From the NCBI GenBank assembly GCA_963637655.1, contig CAVHOL010000004.1, positions 2,586 to 66,585 on the forward strand: a stretch of DNA of 64,000 bases, in the 5' to 3' direction. Of the stretch, positions 49,414 through 57,900 are shown piece by piece. The position numbers and the translations under genes are program-made. The stretch is from a bacterium (GTDB taxonomy: Bacteria; Bacteroidota; Bacteroidia; Bacteroidales; Bacteroidaceae). Under the pieces are notes generated by a model, which was not told where the DNA came from, ran no database searches, and worked only from the letters and a program-made list of their open reading frames with translations. Every line of letters starts with the position of its first letter. Positions within the stretch are counted from its first letter, which is position 1.

Positions 49414-50199
49414 ATGAAAAACCATCTCCTAATGGCAGCCGCCCTGCTCACAGTCTGCCTGCATACGCCAGCAAGCAAAACGCCGTTGCAAAAAAGCAGA
49501 GCCGCAAACAGCGGTATGTCTTCCGCGGGCAACAACGCCACTGATGCAACCGATGTACTCAAGACATGGCAGGCCGGCGCCACCGTCACCGCCGACGACG
49601 TGGGTTGCTTCGGCATAGCCCGCTGTTTCACCTCCACAGAGATAGACGACAAGACATACCGTCGCATACAGGGGAAATCGTACAAGACCGGTTGTCCCAT
49701 TCCCCTCAAGGACCTTCGCTACGTCAGGGTGCTGCACTACACGCAGGAAGGTGACATACGCTTAGGCGAAATGATATGCCACAAAGACATCAGCGCAGAT
49801 CTCACCGACATTTTCCGCCATCTCTACGATGCCCGCTACCCCATCGCCAGCATGCTGCTTGTCGACGAATACGGAGCCGACGACGAACGGTCGATGGCGG
49901 CCAACAACACGACTTGCTTCAACTACCGCACCGTGGCCAACTCACGCACCCTCTCCAACCACAGCAAGGGACGCGCCGTAGACATCAATCCGCTCTACAA
50001 CCCGCATGTGAAAAGACTGCGCGACGGTACACTCCGTGTGAGTCCGGCAGCCGCACGCAAGTATGCCGACCGCACAAAGACGTTTGCCTACAAGATCGAC
50101 ACGACCGACCTCTGCTACAAAGAGTTTGTCAAGCACGGGTTCAGATGGGGCGGACAATGGCATCACTCCAAAGACTACCAGCACTTCGAAAAACCCTGA
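49414..50199 (+). CDS. M15 family (LAS) metallopeptidase, D-Ala-D-Ala dipeptidase/carboxypeptidase-like
   Basis: 261 aa with a signal peptide, the HSKGRAVDINP motif and C-terminal WHHSKDYQHFE. Confidence 0.78.
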   Translation: MKNHLLMAAALLTVCLHTPASKTPLQKSRAANSGMSSAGNNATDATDVLKTWQAGATVTADDVGCFGIARCFTSTEIDDKTYRRIQGKSYKTGCPIPLKDLRYVRVLHYTQEGDIRLGEMICHKDISADLTDIFRHLYDARYPIASMLLVDEYGADDERSMAANNTTCFNYRTVANSRTLSNHSKGRAVDINPLYNPHVKRLRDGTLRVSPAAARKYADRTKTFAYKIDTTDLCYKEFVKHGFRWGGQWHHSKDYQHFEKP

Positions 50200-50239
50200 G
50201 CCCAAGACGATCCAAAAGAAGCGCTCTGCAAAAGCACAC

Positions 50240-50292
50240 AAAAAAAAACTCCGCCGCAATGTGACAGTCTCACGATGCGGCAGAGCCTTTTT
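50240..50292. terminator. bidirectional terminator between the M15 peptidase gene and htpG
   Basis: Stem ctccgccgca (50249-50258) pairs with tgcggcagag (50276-50285), flanked by an A run upstream and a T run downstream. Confidence 0.5.
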
Positions 50293-50316
50293 GTTTGGTT
50301 TTATGTCCAGTCCGGT

Positions 50317-52371
50317 TTACTTGATCAAGTCGACAGAACGCTTGAGGAAGGCGTCAAGTGCTGCGCCGCGGAGCATGCCGTTCTGCAGCAAGGCCAAGTC
50401 GATAAGCTGGTGTACCACCTTGTTGTCCTTGGCATAGTCAGCGATGAGCTGGTGCTTCTTGTCGCGCTGTTCGGCAACAGCCTTCTGCGTGTTGGCCATG
50501 TCGTCCTTCTCCTCCTGGGTCAGTTCGTCGGCCTTCTTCTTCGACTGTTCCTGACGGAGAACGGCAAGACGGGCCTCGAGACCCTTGATCTCACTCTCTA
50601 CAGGATGAAGTGCATCCTGACACTTGGCATTCTCGTCGTCGAGCACCTCCTTGATCAGACGGTGGTCACTGTTGAGTACGATATTGTAGGCATCAGGCAT
50701 CTGTGCATAGAAGGCCATGCCGGCCTGATAATGGCTCACTTCCTTCATACGGCGCATATACTCGCTCTGGGTGATGAGCACGGGCAGAGCATCCTCGCCC
50801 AAGGCCTGTACCTCAACACCGAACTCGGCCTTCTCGATCTTCGGCATCTGCGAGCGGAATGTCTGTGACAGATTGTCACGGCTGGCCTCATCGAGCTCCG
50901 ACTTCTTGGCATCTTCCTTGACGATCAGGCGGTCGATGATATCGCTGTCGACACGCACGAAACGGCTCTTCTCAAACTTCTGCTCCAGCATCGACACCAT
51001 CGGCACGTCGAGCTGTCCATCGAGCAGCAATACACTATATCCCTTGGCCTTGGCAGACTCGATATAACTGTACTGGCCTTCCTTGTCATTGGCGTAGAGA
51101 TAGATGAGGTTGCCGTCCTTGTCGGTCTGATTGTCCTTGATGAGCGTCTTGTACTCTTCGAAGGTAAAATACTTGCCGTCGACGTCCTTGAACAGGGCGA
51201 AATCCTTGGCACGGTCGTAGAAGTCCTCCTGCGAAAGCATGCCGTAGTTGATGAAGATCTTCAGATCATCCCACTTCTCCTCATAGTCCTTGCGGTTTTC
51301 CTTGAAGATACCGCTGAGACGGTCGGCCACCTTCTTGGTGATATAGGTGGAAATCTTCTTCACATTGGCGTCACTCTGCAGATACGAACGGCTCACGTTG
51401 AGAGGAATGTCCGGAGAGTCGATCACGCCGTGAAGCAAGGTAAGGAATTCGGGCACGATACCCTCTACCTGATCGGTGACGAACACCTGGTTGCAATAGA
51501 GCTGTATCTTGTTGCGCTGCAGTTCGATGTTCGACTTGATGCGCGGGAAGTACAGTATACCGGTGAGGTTGAAGGGATAGTCCACATTGAGGTGTATCCA
51601 GAAGAGCGGCTCATCCTGCATGGGATAGAGCGTACGGTAGAACGACTTGTAGTCCTCGTCCTTGAGCGTGCTCGGTGTCTTGGTCCAGAGAGGTTCCACG
51701 CTGTTGACGACATTGTCCTCTTCGGTGTCGACCTGCTTGCCGTCCTTCCACTCGGTTTTCTTTCCGAAGGCTACGGGCACTGGCATGAATTTGCAGTACT
51801 TGTCGAGCAGCGACTGTATCTTGTTCTTCTCCAAAAACTCCTTGCAGTCATCGTCGATATAGAGAATGATGTCTGAACCGCGGTCGGCCTTCTCCACATT
51901 CTCTATCTCAAACTCAGGACTTCCGTCACAGCTCCACTTCACGGCCTGTGCACCGTCGCGGTAGCTGCGGGTGACAATCTCCACCTTCTTGCTGACCATG
52001 AACGAGGAGTAGAAGCCCAGACCGAAATGGCCGATGATGGCATTGGCATTGTCCTTGTACTTGTCGAGGAAATCATTGACGCCCGAGAAAGCGATCTGAT
52101 TGATATATTTGTCAATTTCCTCCTCGGTCATGCCGATACCACGGTCGCTGATGGTCAGCGTACCCTTTTCGGTATCGAGAGACACACGGACGCTCAGGTC
52201 GCCCAGCTCGCCCTTGTAGTCGCCGCGCTCGGCCAGCGTCTTCATCTTCTGCGTAGCATCGACAGCGTTTGACACCATCTCACGCAGGAAGATCTCATGA
52301 TCGGAGTAAAGAAATTTCTTGATGACGGGGAATATGTTTTCAGTTGTAACCCCAATATTTCCTTTTTGCAT
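50317..52371 (-). CDS. htpG: molecular chaperone HtpG (Hsp90)
   Basis: The track ORF was trimmed to MQKGNIGVTTENIFPVIKKFLYSDHEIFLREMVSNAVDA, the Hsp90 N-terminal ATPase signature; 684 aa. Confidence 0.95.
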   Translation of the reverse strand: MQKGNIGVTTENIFPVIKKFLYSDHEIFLREMVSNAVDATQKMKTLAERGDYKGELGDLSVRVSLDTEKGTLTISDRGIGMTEEEIDKYINQIAFSGVNDFLDKYKDNANAIIGHFGLGFYSSFMVSKKVEIVTRSYRDGAQAVKWSCDGSPEFEIENVEKADRGSDIILYIDDDCKEFLEKNKIQSLLDKYCKFMPVPVAFGKKTEWKDGKQVDTEEDNVVNSVEPLWTKTPSTLKDEDYKSFYRTLYPMQDEPLFWIHLNVDYPFNLTGILYFPRIKSNIELQRNKIQLYCNQVFVTDQVEGIVPEFLTLLHGVIDSPDIPLNVSRSYLQSDANVKKISTYITKKVADRLSGIFKENRKDYEEKWDDLKIFINYGMLSQEDFYDRAKDFALFKDVDGKYFTFEEYKTLIKDNQTDKDGNLIYLYANDKEGQYSYIESAKAKGYSVLLLDGQLDVPMVSMLEQKFEKSRFVRVDSDIIDRLIVKEDAKKSELDEASRDNLSQTFRSQMPKIEKAEFGVEVQALGEDALPVLITQSEYMRRMKEVSHYQAGMAFYAQMPDAYNIVLNSDHRLIKEVLDDENAKCQDALHPVESEIKGLEARLAVLRQEQSKKKADELTQEEKDDMANTQKAVAEQRDKKHQLIADYAKDNKVVHQLIDLALLQNGMLRGAALDAFLKRSVDLIK

Positions 52372-52619
52372 ATTGTATATGTTTATATATATTCTTGGTT
52401 GCTGATGGACTTGCAAAATGCGTGCCAAACATCAGCGGTACAAGCCGCAATATCGGTGCAGCTATCATCGGACTGGAATACTGACACGGCACGGGAGAAA
52501 CGACATCGGGAGAAAATCTGCAGCACCCGTCGGTATCTCAAATATATTTGCTACCTTTGCGTACTCACCGCTGCAGACGAGGACAGTAGAATCCTGGTCT
52601 GACACAAGAGAACATACCA

Positions 52620-53201
52620 ATGAGCAACAAGATACTACTATTGGCCGCCGGCATGCTGGCCTTCAGCGCCATTTCGTGCAAGGAAACCAAGAAAGACACC
52701 AATATCATCACACACAAGAAGGTGGTCACCGCCCCCAAGAAGACACAGAAGGTAGGCGACTACTCGCAGAGCCGCGACGTGGAATGGCTGGGCAGCGAGT
52801 ATGCCGTATCCGTCGACCGCAAGGCCGACTCTTCACTGCCGCTCGTCGACGACGGTGCAGGCAACAAATACTATGACAACCGCATCAGCGTCAAGGTCAC
52901 CCGCAAAGACGGTACTACATTCTTCAGCCGCACGTTCACCAAAAGCGATTTTGCACAGTATGTAGACGAGCCTTACCGCAACGGCGCGCTTCTTGGCATT
53001 GTACTCGACAAGGCTGAAGGCGACTGCCTGTACTTCGCCGCCAGCGTCGGGTCGCCCGACACTATGAGCGACGAATACGTACCGCTCGTGATGCGCATCG
53101 ACCGTACCGGACAAGTGAGCATCTCCAAGGACACGCAGCTTGACACCGGCAGCGACGCAGCCTCCTCCGAACTGGAAAAGGCGGAAGAAGAAGGGGTATA
53201 A
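52620..53201 (+). CDS. lipoprotein of unknown function (DUF4738-like)
   Basis: 193 aa with a lipobox (LAFSAISC). The family name is from memory only. Confidence 0.6.
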   Translation: MSNKILLLAAGMLAFSAISCKETKKDTNIITHKKVVTAPKKTQKVGDYSQSRDVEWLGSEYAVSVDRKADSSLPLVDDGAGNKYYDNRISVKVTRKDGTTFFSRTFTKSDFAQYVDEPYRNGALLGIVLDKAEGDCLYFAASVGSPDTMSDEYVPLVMRIDRTGQVSISKDTQLDTGSDAASSELEKAEEEGV

Positions 53202-53250
53202 GCCGCGGACAATGAAGTCAACACGTATTGACAGATACCGGACAACAGAA

Positions 53251-53300
53251 AAAGCCCGCATCAAGTTGGAATAAGATTCTCTCTACTTGATGCGGGCTTT
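53251..53300. terminator. strong bidirectional hairpin at the left edge of the AT-rich accessory region
   Basis: A 16-bp perfect stem, aaagcccgcatcaagt (53251-53266) / acttgatgcgggcttt (53285-53300), sits between convergent genes. Confidence 0.6.
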
Positions 53301-53333
53301 AGGATTTACAATCAGATATCGGTATCAGTCGTC

Positions 53334-54911
53334 TTATACTATTTTCCAGTCAATAAGTCCTTTACCCAAATTGTCCAATTCGATGGCAAGGGCAATGACT
53401 TTTCGCTTGTCTGCCATGAATGGCGCAGTATATTGATTTGTCATTATTTGATTTTCAGCGGCTGCGACTCCACCATTATTGGATAGCTTTAGTTCTATCA
53501 CATAGATGTATTTGAAGGTGAACACGACGATGTCTATCCTTCCGGTGGCAAGCATTCTTTCAACTTCCACTTTGAAGCCAATAGCTTTCATGATGGTGCT
53601 AATGATGAGACGGTAGCGCTCTTCCATGTCCATACTTGCCAATTTCTTGTTGCTGTACGGAACATCAGAAATCAAAGTCCTGAGGGTTGTCATGGCTTCC
53701 GCCACCTTGCCGTCTTGCATCATCTTCATCAGCAAACTTTGCGCACTGACAACATCCGATGTGGACATCCTTGTCAAGGCGGGAATCACAATCTTGTACA
53801 GCGCCTTGCGAACCTCATAGTTCGGGAAGCCCAAAGTATAGACCCCTTCCTCATAATCCTTGATGGTCAGATAGCCTGATTGATACAAGAAGAGTTCTGC
53901 TCCACCGTCGCATACATCAGAAGTTTCCAAGGAATCTCTGTCAATATAGCAATGGTCGAAATAGTCCAAACGCACTTCCATATCTTCCACAAACTTAGAC
54001 AAAAGAGACGTCGCTCCGGACGCAGCCCAATAGTTCTTCAGGTCCATGTCACTCAGAGCATTGACAAGACTGAAAGGATTGAAGACTTCCGCCATGTTTC
54101 TCCTGCTAAAGTGATAACCGTCATAATAATCCTTTAGCCGTGATAGGGTTTCCTCAGTATTCCATCCGTTTTCTATACCCAGCTGCTCAATTTCCGGCAT
54201 GAAATTGTCCGTAACCTCTTGCTTAGTAATGCCGCAGATGGCTGCAAATTGAGGTTCAAAACTGATGTTGCTGAGATTGTTGAGTACAGAGAACAAAGAG
54301 ATTTGGGTGAACTTCGTGATGCCCGTGATGAAGACGAAACGTTCATATACGTCATCAGCCTTGAGGATGGCAAAGACGCTGCGGTAGACTTCTGTGCAAC
54401 CTGCATGTTCAGATGTTCTCCAAGAATGTTGCAGAGGAGAGTCGTACTCGTCGATGAGAATGACCACTTGTTGTCCGGTCTGCTCGTAAGCAGCGGTAAT
54501 GATGGCGTCGAAGCGGGTATTAAGTGGAGCGCCTTCCTTTGTCGTAATGCCGTACTTTTCCTCGTATTTAGAAAAGGCGCTGTCCAAATAGGCACAAAGT
54601 TCGACGACAGAAGCTCCTCCACGGCTCATGTCAAAGCGTATGACAGGATAGCGAGTCCATTCCGTTTCCAAGTCCATTATCTTAAGTCCTTCAAACAGGC
54701 GTTTTTCCCCTTCAAAATAGGCTTGGAGCGTGTCGACCAACACCGACTTGCCGAAACGGCGCGGACGGCTCAGGTAATGGTACTTTTTCTTTCCCTTATG
54801 GGTAAGTTCCCATATCAAGTCGGTCTTGTCTACATAAAGGAAATTCTTTTCCCTTATCTCATAGAAAGACTGTATGCCTACGGGTAACGCTCTGTTGCTT
54901 AAATCTCTCAT
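53334..54911 (-). CDS. AAA-ATPase-like N-terminal domain fused to PD-(D/E)XK nuclease-like C-terminal domain
   Basis: 525 aa. The N-terminus has LPVGIQSFYEIREKNFLYVDKTDLI...YLSRPRRFGKS (Walker A) and VVILIDEYD (Walker B). The C-terminus has GRIDIVVFTFKYIYVIELKL (a D..E.K nuclease core). Confidence 0.82.
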   Translation of the reverse strand: MRDLSNRALPVGIQSFYEIREKNFLYVDKTDLIWELTHKGKKKYHYLSRPRRFGKSVLVDTLQAYFEGEKRLFEGLKIMDLETEWTRYPVIRFDMSRGGASVVELCAYLDSAFSKYEEKYGITTKEGAPLNTRFDAIITAAYEQTGQQVVILIDEYDSPLQHSWRTSEHAGCTEVYRSVFAILKADDVYERFVFITGITKFTQISLFSVLNNLSNISFEPQFAAICGITKQEVTDNFMPEIEQLGIENGWNTEETLSRLKDYYDGYHFSRRNMAEVFNPFSLVNALSDMDLKNYWAASGATSLLSKFVEDMEVRLDYFDHCYIDRDSLETSDVCDGGAELFLYQSGYLTIKDYEEGVYTLGFPNYEVRKALYKIVIPALTRMSTSDVVSAQSLLMKMMQDGKVAEAMTTLRTLISDVPYSNKKLASMDMEERYRLIISTIMKAIGFKVEVERMLATGRIDIVVFTFKYIYVIELKLSNNGGVAAAENQIMTNQYTAPFMADKRKVIALAIELDNLGKGLIDWKIV

Positions 54912-55331
54912 AATCTCCGCTGTTTCGTTTTCTCTCTACATTTTCGGCCGGCAGGAATCCCGATACGGCTACGGTCCAAATCCTTCATTGCAAAACGGCC
55001 AAGGAGGAGCGAGAAAAACTTGCACTTATTACAATTGCAAAAATACAAAAAATATTGAAAAGCGAAGGGATATTCATTCTGATTTGGAAATTGGACAAAT
55101 AGCATCAGGGTCTGACAGAACAAAATCCACTCTTTCACTTTGGCCGATTCTTTAGTAATGTTCTAAATCAATGAACAGTGCAAACAAGTATTCGGCGACA
55201 ACGAGTCAGGTCGCATAAGTTACGCCGAAAAAGGCCAACCACCTGATACCGGCCAACCATTTTTTCATGGAAAACACAAGGCAAGGTGATATTTTCGGGC
55301 AAAACCGACCCATAGTTAATGGTATTTTCAC

Positions 55332-55339
55332 TATTTTTG
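55332..55339 (+). promoter_or_regulatory. candidate -7 box TATTTTTG directly upstream of the caspase gene
   Basis: Matches TAnnTTTG and ends 9 nt before the ATG at 55349, implying a very short or absent leader. Confidence 0.35.
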
Positions 55340-55348
55340 CGCTGACAT

Positions 55349-56281
55349 ATGAAGAATGGTACCTACTTCCCATATAAGGCAGTGTTTTTTCTGCTGGCCA
55401 TTGCCGTTTCTGTGGCCCACGTTTCCACAGAGGCCCAAACGAGACGGGCGCTGATTGTCGGGATTTCGCAGTATCCACAGACCGGCAGTGACGCTTGGGG
55501 AACCATTCATGGCGCCAACGATGCAGAACTGATTGTGCCTGTCATGAAAAGGCAAGGGTTCAGCATCGTCACGATATGCAATAGGGCTGCCACCGCAAAG
55601 AGGATAAGGCGAGGAATGGACACCCTCGTCTCTTCATGCAAGCCGGGCGACACCGTTTACCTCCACTTCTCTTGTCACGGCCAGCCCTATGAGGACATAG
55701 ACGGGGATGAGGATGACGGATGGGACGAATCGATTGTCCCCTACGATGCGCCAATGGTGTACCAAAAGGGGAAGTACGAGGGGGAGAATCATATCATAGA
55801 CGACGAGCTTCATACTTATTTCCAAAAGTTGAGAAGCAAGGTAGGCCGAAAAGGCCTGGTATGTGTTGTCATCGATGCCTGTCATGCAGGCAGCGCGTCA
55901 CGGGGTGAGGACGACATGGACGACGACGATGACGAGGTGTATGTCCGCGGTACAAAGAGAGGATTCAGTCCACGGGGAAAAGACTTTCGTCCACGAATCA
56001 ACGCCAAGGGACATTTCAAGATTCCGCAAGAAGCAGGACTTTCAGACATTCTCATACTGGAAGCCTGCCGCTCATACCAATCCAACTACGAAATCAAGCA
56101 ATCCGGAAAATATTACGGTCCTCTGTCATACTATACCAGTCAGGTCCTTTCCCGGCAACCGCTCGCCAAAAGTACAGACTGGGTGCGGGAAGTCAAACGA
56201 CTGATGAATGCAGACAGAAGACTGACAAGACAGAACATGGTATACGAGACGAGTTTGAAAATTCCAGAAAAACAATTGTAA
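55349..56281 (+). CDS. caspase family (peptidase C14) protein with N-terminal signal-like segment
   Basis: 310 aa with hydrophobic N-terminus AVFFLLAIAVSVAHV, RALIVGISQY, catalytic His in HFSCHG (His110, 55676-55678) and catalytic Cys in VIDACHAGS (Cys178, 55880-55882). Confidence 0.85.
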   Translation: MKNGTYFPYKAVFFLLAIAVSVAHVSTEAQTRRALIVGISQYPQTGSDAWGTIHGANDAELIVPVMKRQGFSIVTICNRAATAKRIRRGMDTLVSSCKPGDTVYLHFSCHGQPYEDIDGDEDDGWDESIVPYDAPMVYQKGKYEGENHIIDDELHTYFQKLRSKVGRKGLVCVVIDACHAGSASRGEDDMDDDDDEVYVRGTKRGFSPRGKDFRPRINAKGHFKIPQEAGLSDILILEACRSYQSNYEIKQSGKYYGPLSYYTSQVLSRQPLAKSTDWVREVKRLMNADRRLTRQNMVYETSLKIPEKQL

Positions 56282-56302
56282 AAGAAACCTAAAACAACCG
56301 GC

Positions 56303-56884
56303 ATGGCTATTTATCCGACAACACATACCCAGGAAGAAATGGAGGAGTTTGCTTCCGCACAATGGGACAAGACCCTTGCTTACCTGCAAGGGACATATTC
56401 ATTGTCTCGTCCCGACTGCGAAGACATCTTCCAGGAGGCATTCTTCATATTGTACACAAAGCTCATAGACGGCAACCTTACGCTGTCATCATCATTGTCA
56501 ACTTTCTTCTTGGGAATATGCAAGAACAAAGCGCATGAAAAGCTGCGTGCCAACGGCAGGAAGGAGCTGAACATCATAGACGAGTTTCCCCAAACCTCCA
56601 AGGACGAGTTTGAGGACGAGCGCATAGACCGTATCCTTGCCTTGGAGAACGACACTGAGCAGACCGCGGCAAGAAAAGACGCGGTTGTCCGTCAGATCGT
56701 CTCCGATCTTCCGTCACCATGCGACCATATTCTGTGGGGGTACTACCGTGACGGCTTCTCCATGAAGACGCTTGCCCTGATGCACAATTACAAGAGCGAA
56801 GGTTCTGTCAAGGTGACCAAGCACAGGTGTACAGAAAAATTCAAGGTTCGCTTTTTGGAAATGTCAAAACGCATCTTTGACTAA
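56303..56884 (+). CDS. ECF-like sigma-70 family RNA polymerase sigma factor
   Basis: 193 aa with region 2-like CEDIFQEAFFILYTKL ... FFLGICKNKAHEKLR and region 4-like DHILWGYYRDGFSMKTLALMHNYKSEGSVKVTKHRCTEKFK. It starts 21 nt after the caspase stop. Confidence 0.82.
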   Translation: MAIYPTTHTQEEMEEFASAQWDKTLAYLQGTYSLSRPDCEDIFQEAFFILYTKLIDGNLTLSSSLSTFFLGICKNKAHEKLRANGRKELNIIDEFPQTSKDEFEDERIDRILALENDTEQTAARKDAVVRQIVSDLPSPCDHILWGYYRDGFSMKTLALMHNYKSEGSVKVTKHRCTEKFKVRFLEMSKRIFD

Positions 56885-56996
56885 AAGCCGGCAATTAAAC
56901 AATTTGGTACGAATTGCACAACGAGAAAACATCTACCGGAGTTGTTGTCCGGTTTGTCTTCCCGGTTGTTTATCGTCTCACTAAAGCCCCATACTT

Positions 56997-57851
56997 ATGA
57001 TAAAGGACATCAACAACATAGACCAAACACTTTACAGAGAATACGACCGCATCGTCGCCTACCTCAAAGGGAAAATGTCCCAAGAAGAGGAAGAAAATTT
57101 TCTGAAGGATTTGGAAGGCAATGCCAAACTGAAAGAGAAGGCCGTCATTATAGCCCGGCTTGTGAAAGGTCTGAAAGAGGTCGGACGGGAGAAAGACCGC
57201 AATATCATAGATGTATTCCTTGCTTCGAATGTGGAAGACGTAGAGAACGCCTCGAGGGTGGCTGTCGGATACTGTCCAATGGAATACGCAAACTATGACA
57301 TGTTCCCATCCAAAGCGGAGGAAGAGGCATCTATGGGTACAATACCGGCCCAAGCATGGCATACCGCAGCATCAAGAGTTTCAGCTTCAAGAGTGATACC
57401 CAAGAGGAAAAAGCCCGTCAAAAAATGGCTGGCCGTCGCAGCATCTCTTGTGCTCATCGTATGGCTTGGAGTGGAATACGATATATACAGGACTACAACC
57501 GGACTTGGTGAACAGTACGGCGACGCATTCATGTCGGGCGTGGTAGTCCGTGGCGCAGAAAACCAGTCGGAAACGTCAAAGAAGCTGGCAAAACTGTTTG
57601 CCGACGTCAAAGAAGACAAGAACATCGGTGACGCCATCCATGACCTGTCCATCTGTTGGGAATTGTCCACCTTGGAAACCTTCAACGACTACACCGACTA
57701 CTCCGCAGAAATCGGTTGGAACCTCGCCATCGCCTACCTAAAAGACAATGACAGAAAGGGAGCCAGAAAGGTGCTCGAAAAACTGGCGAAGACTACAGAG
57801 AACGGGTCGGCAGTCAACAAGAAGGCAAAAGAACTGCTTTCAAAAATGTAG
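56997..57851 (+). CDS. single-pass membrane protein, anti-sigma-factor-like (cytoplasmic N-domain, TM, periplasmic helical/TPR-like C-domain)
   Basis: 284 aa. The N-terminus YREYDRIVAYLKGKMSQEEEENFLKDLEGN resembles Bacteroidetes anti-sigma N-termini, the TM is KKWLAVAASLVLIVWLGV, and the position is immediately after a sigma gene. The function is inferred from architecture only. Confidence 0.55.
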   Translation: MIKDINNIDQTLYREYDRIVAYLKGKMSQEEEENFLKDLEGNAKLKEKAVIIARLVKGLKEVGREKDRNIIDVFLASNVEDVENASRVAVGYCPMEYANYDMFPSKAEEEASMGTIPAQAWHTAASRVSASRVIPKRKKPVKKWLAVAASLVLIVWLGVEYDIYRTTTGLGEQYGDAFMSGVVVRGAENQSETSKKLAKLFADVKEDKNIGDAIHDLSICWELSTLETFNDYTDYSAEIGWNLAIAYLKDNDRKGARKVLEKLAKTTENGSAVNKKAKELLSKM

Positions 57852-57900
57852 CGTACACCAAGCACTGATTGTACAAACGGCAAGATGTATTTAAAGGCAC

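Noticed and set aside
47151-49709. 852-aa minus-strand ORF, the longest in the track.
   Set aside because: It is antisense to the well-supported PpiD-like gene and runs on through intergenic DNA and the M15 peptidase gene. Its composition is low-complexity G/V/A/L/D with no motifs, which is the typical shadow ORF of a GC3-rich gene.
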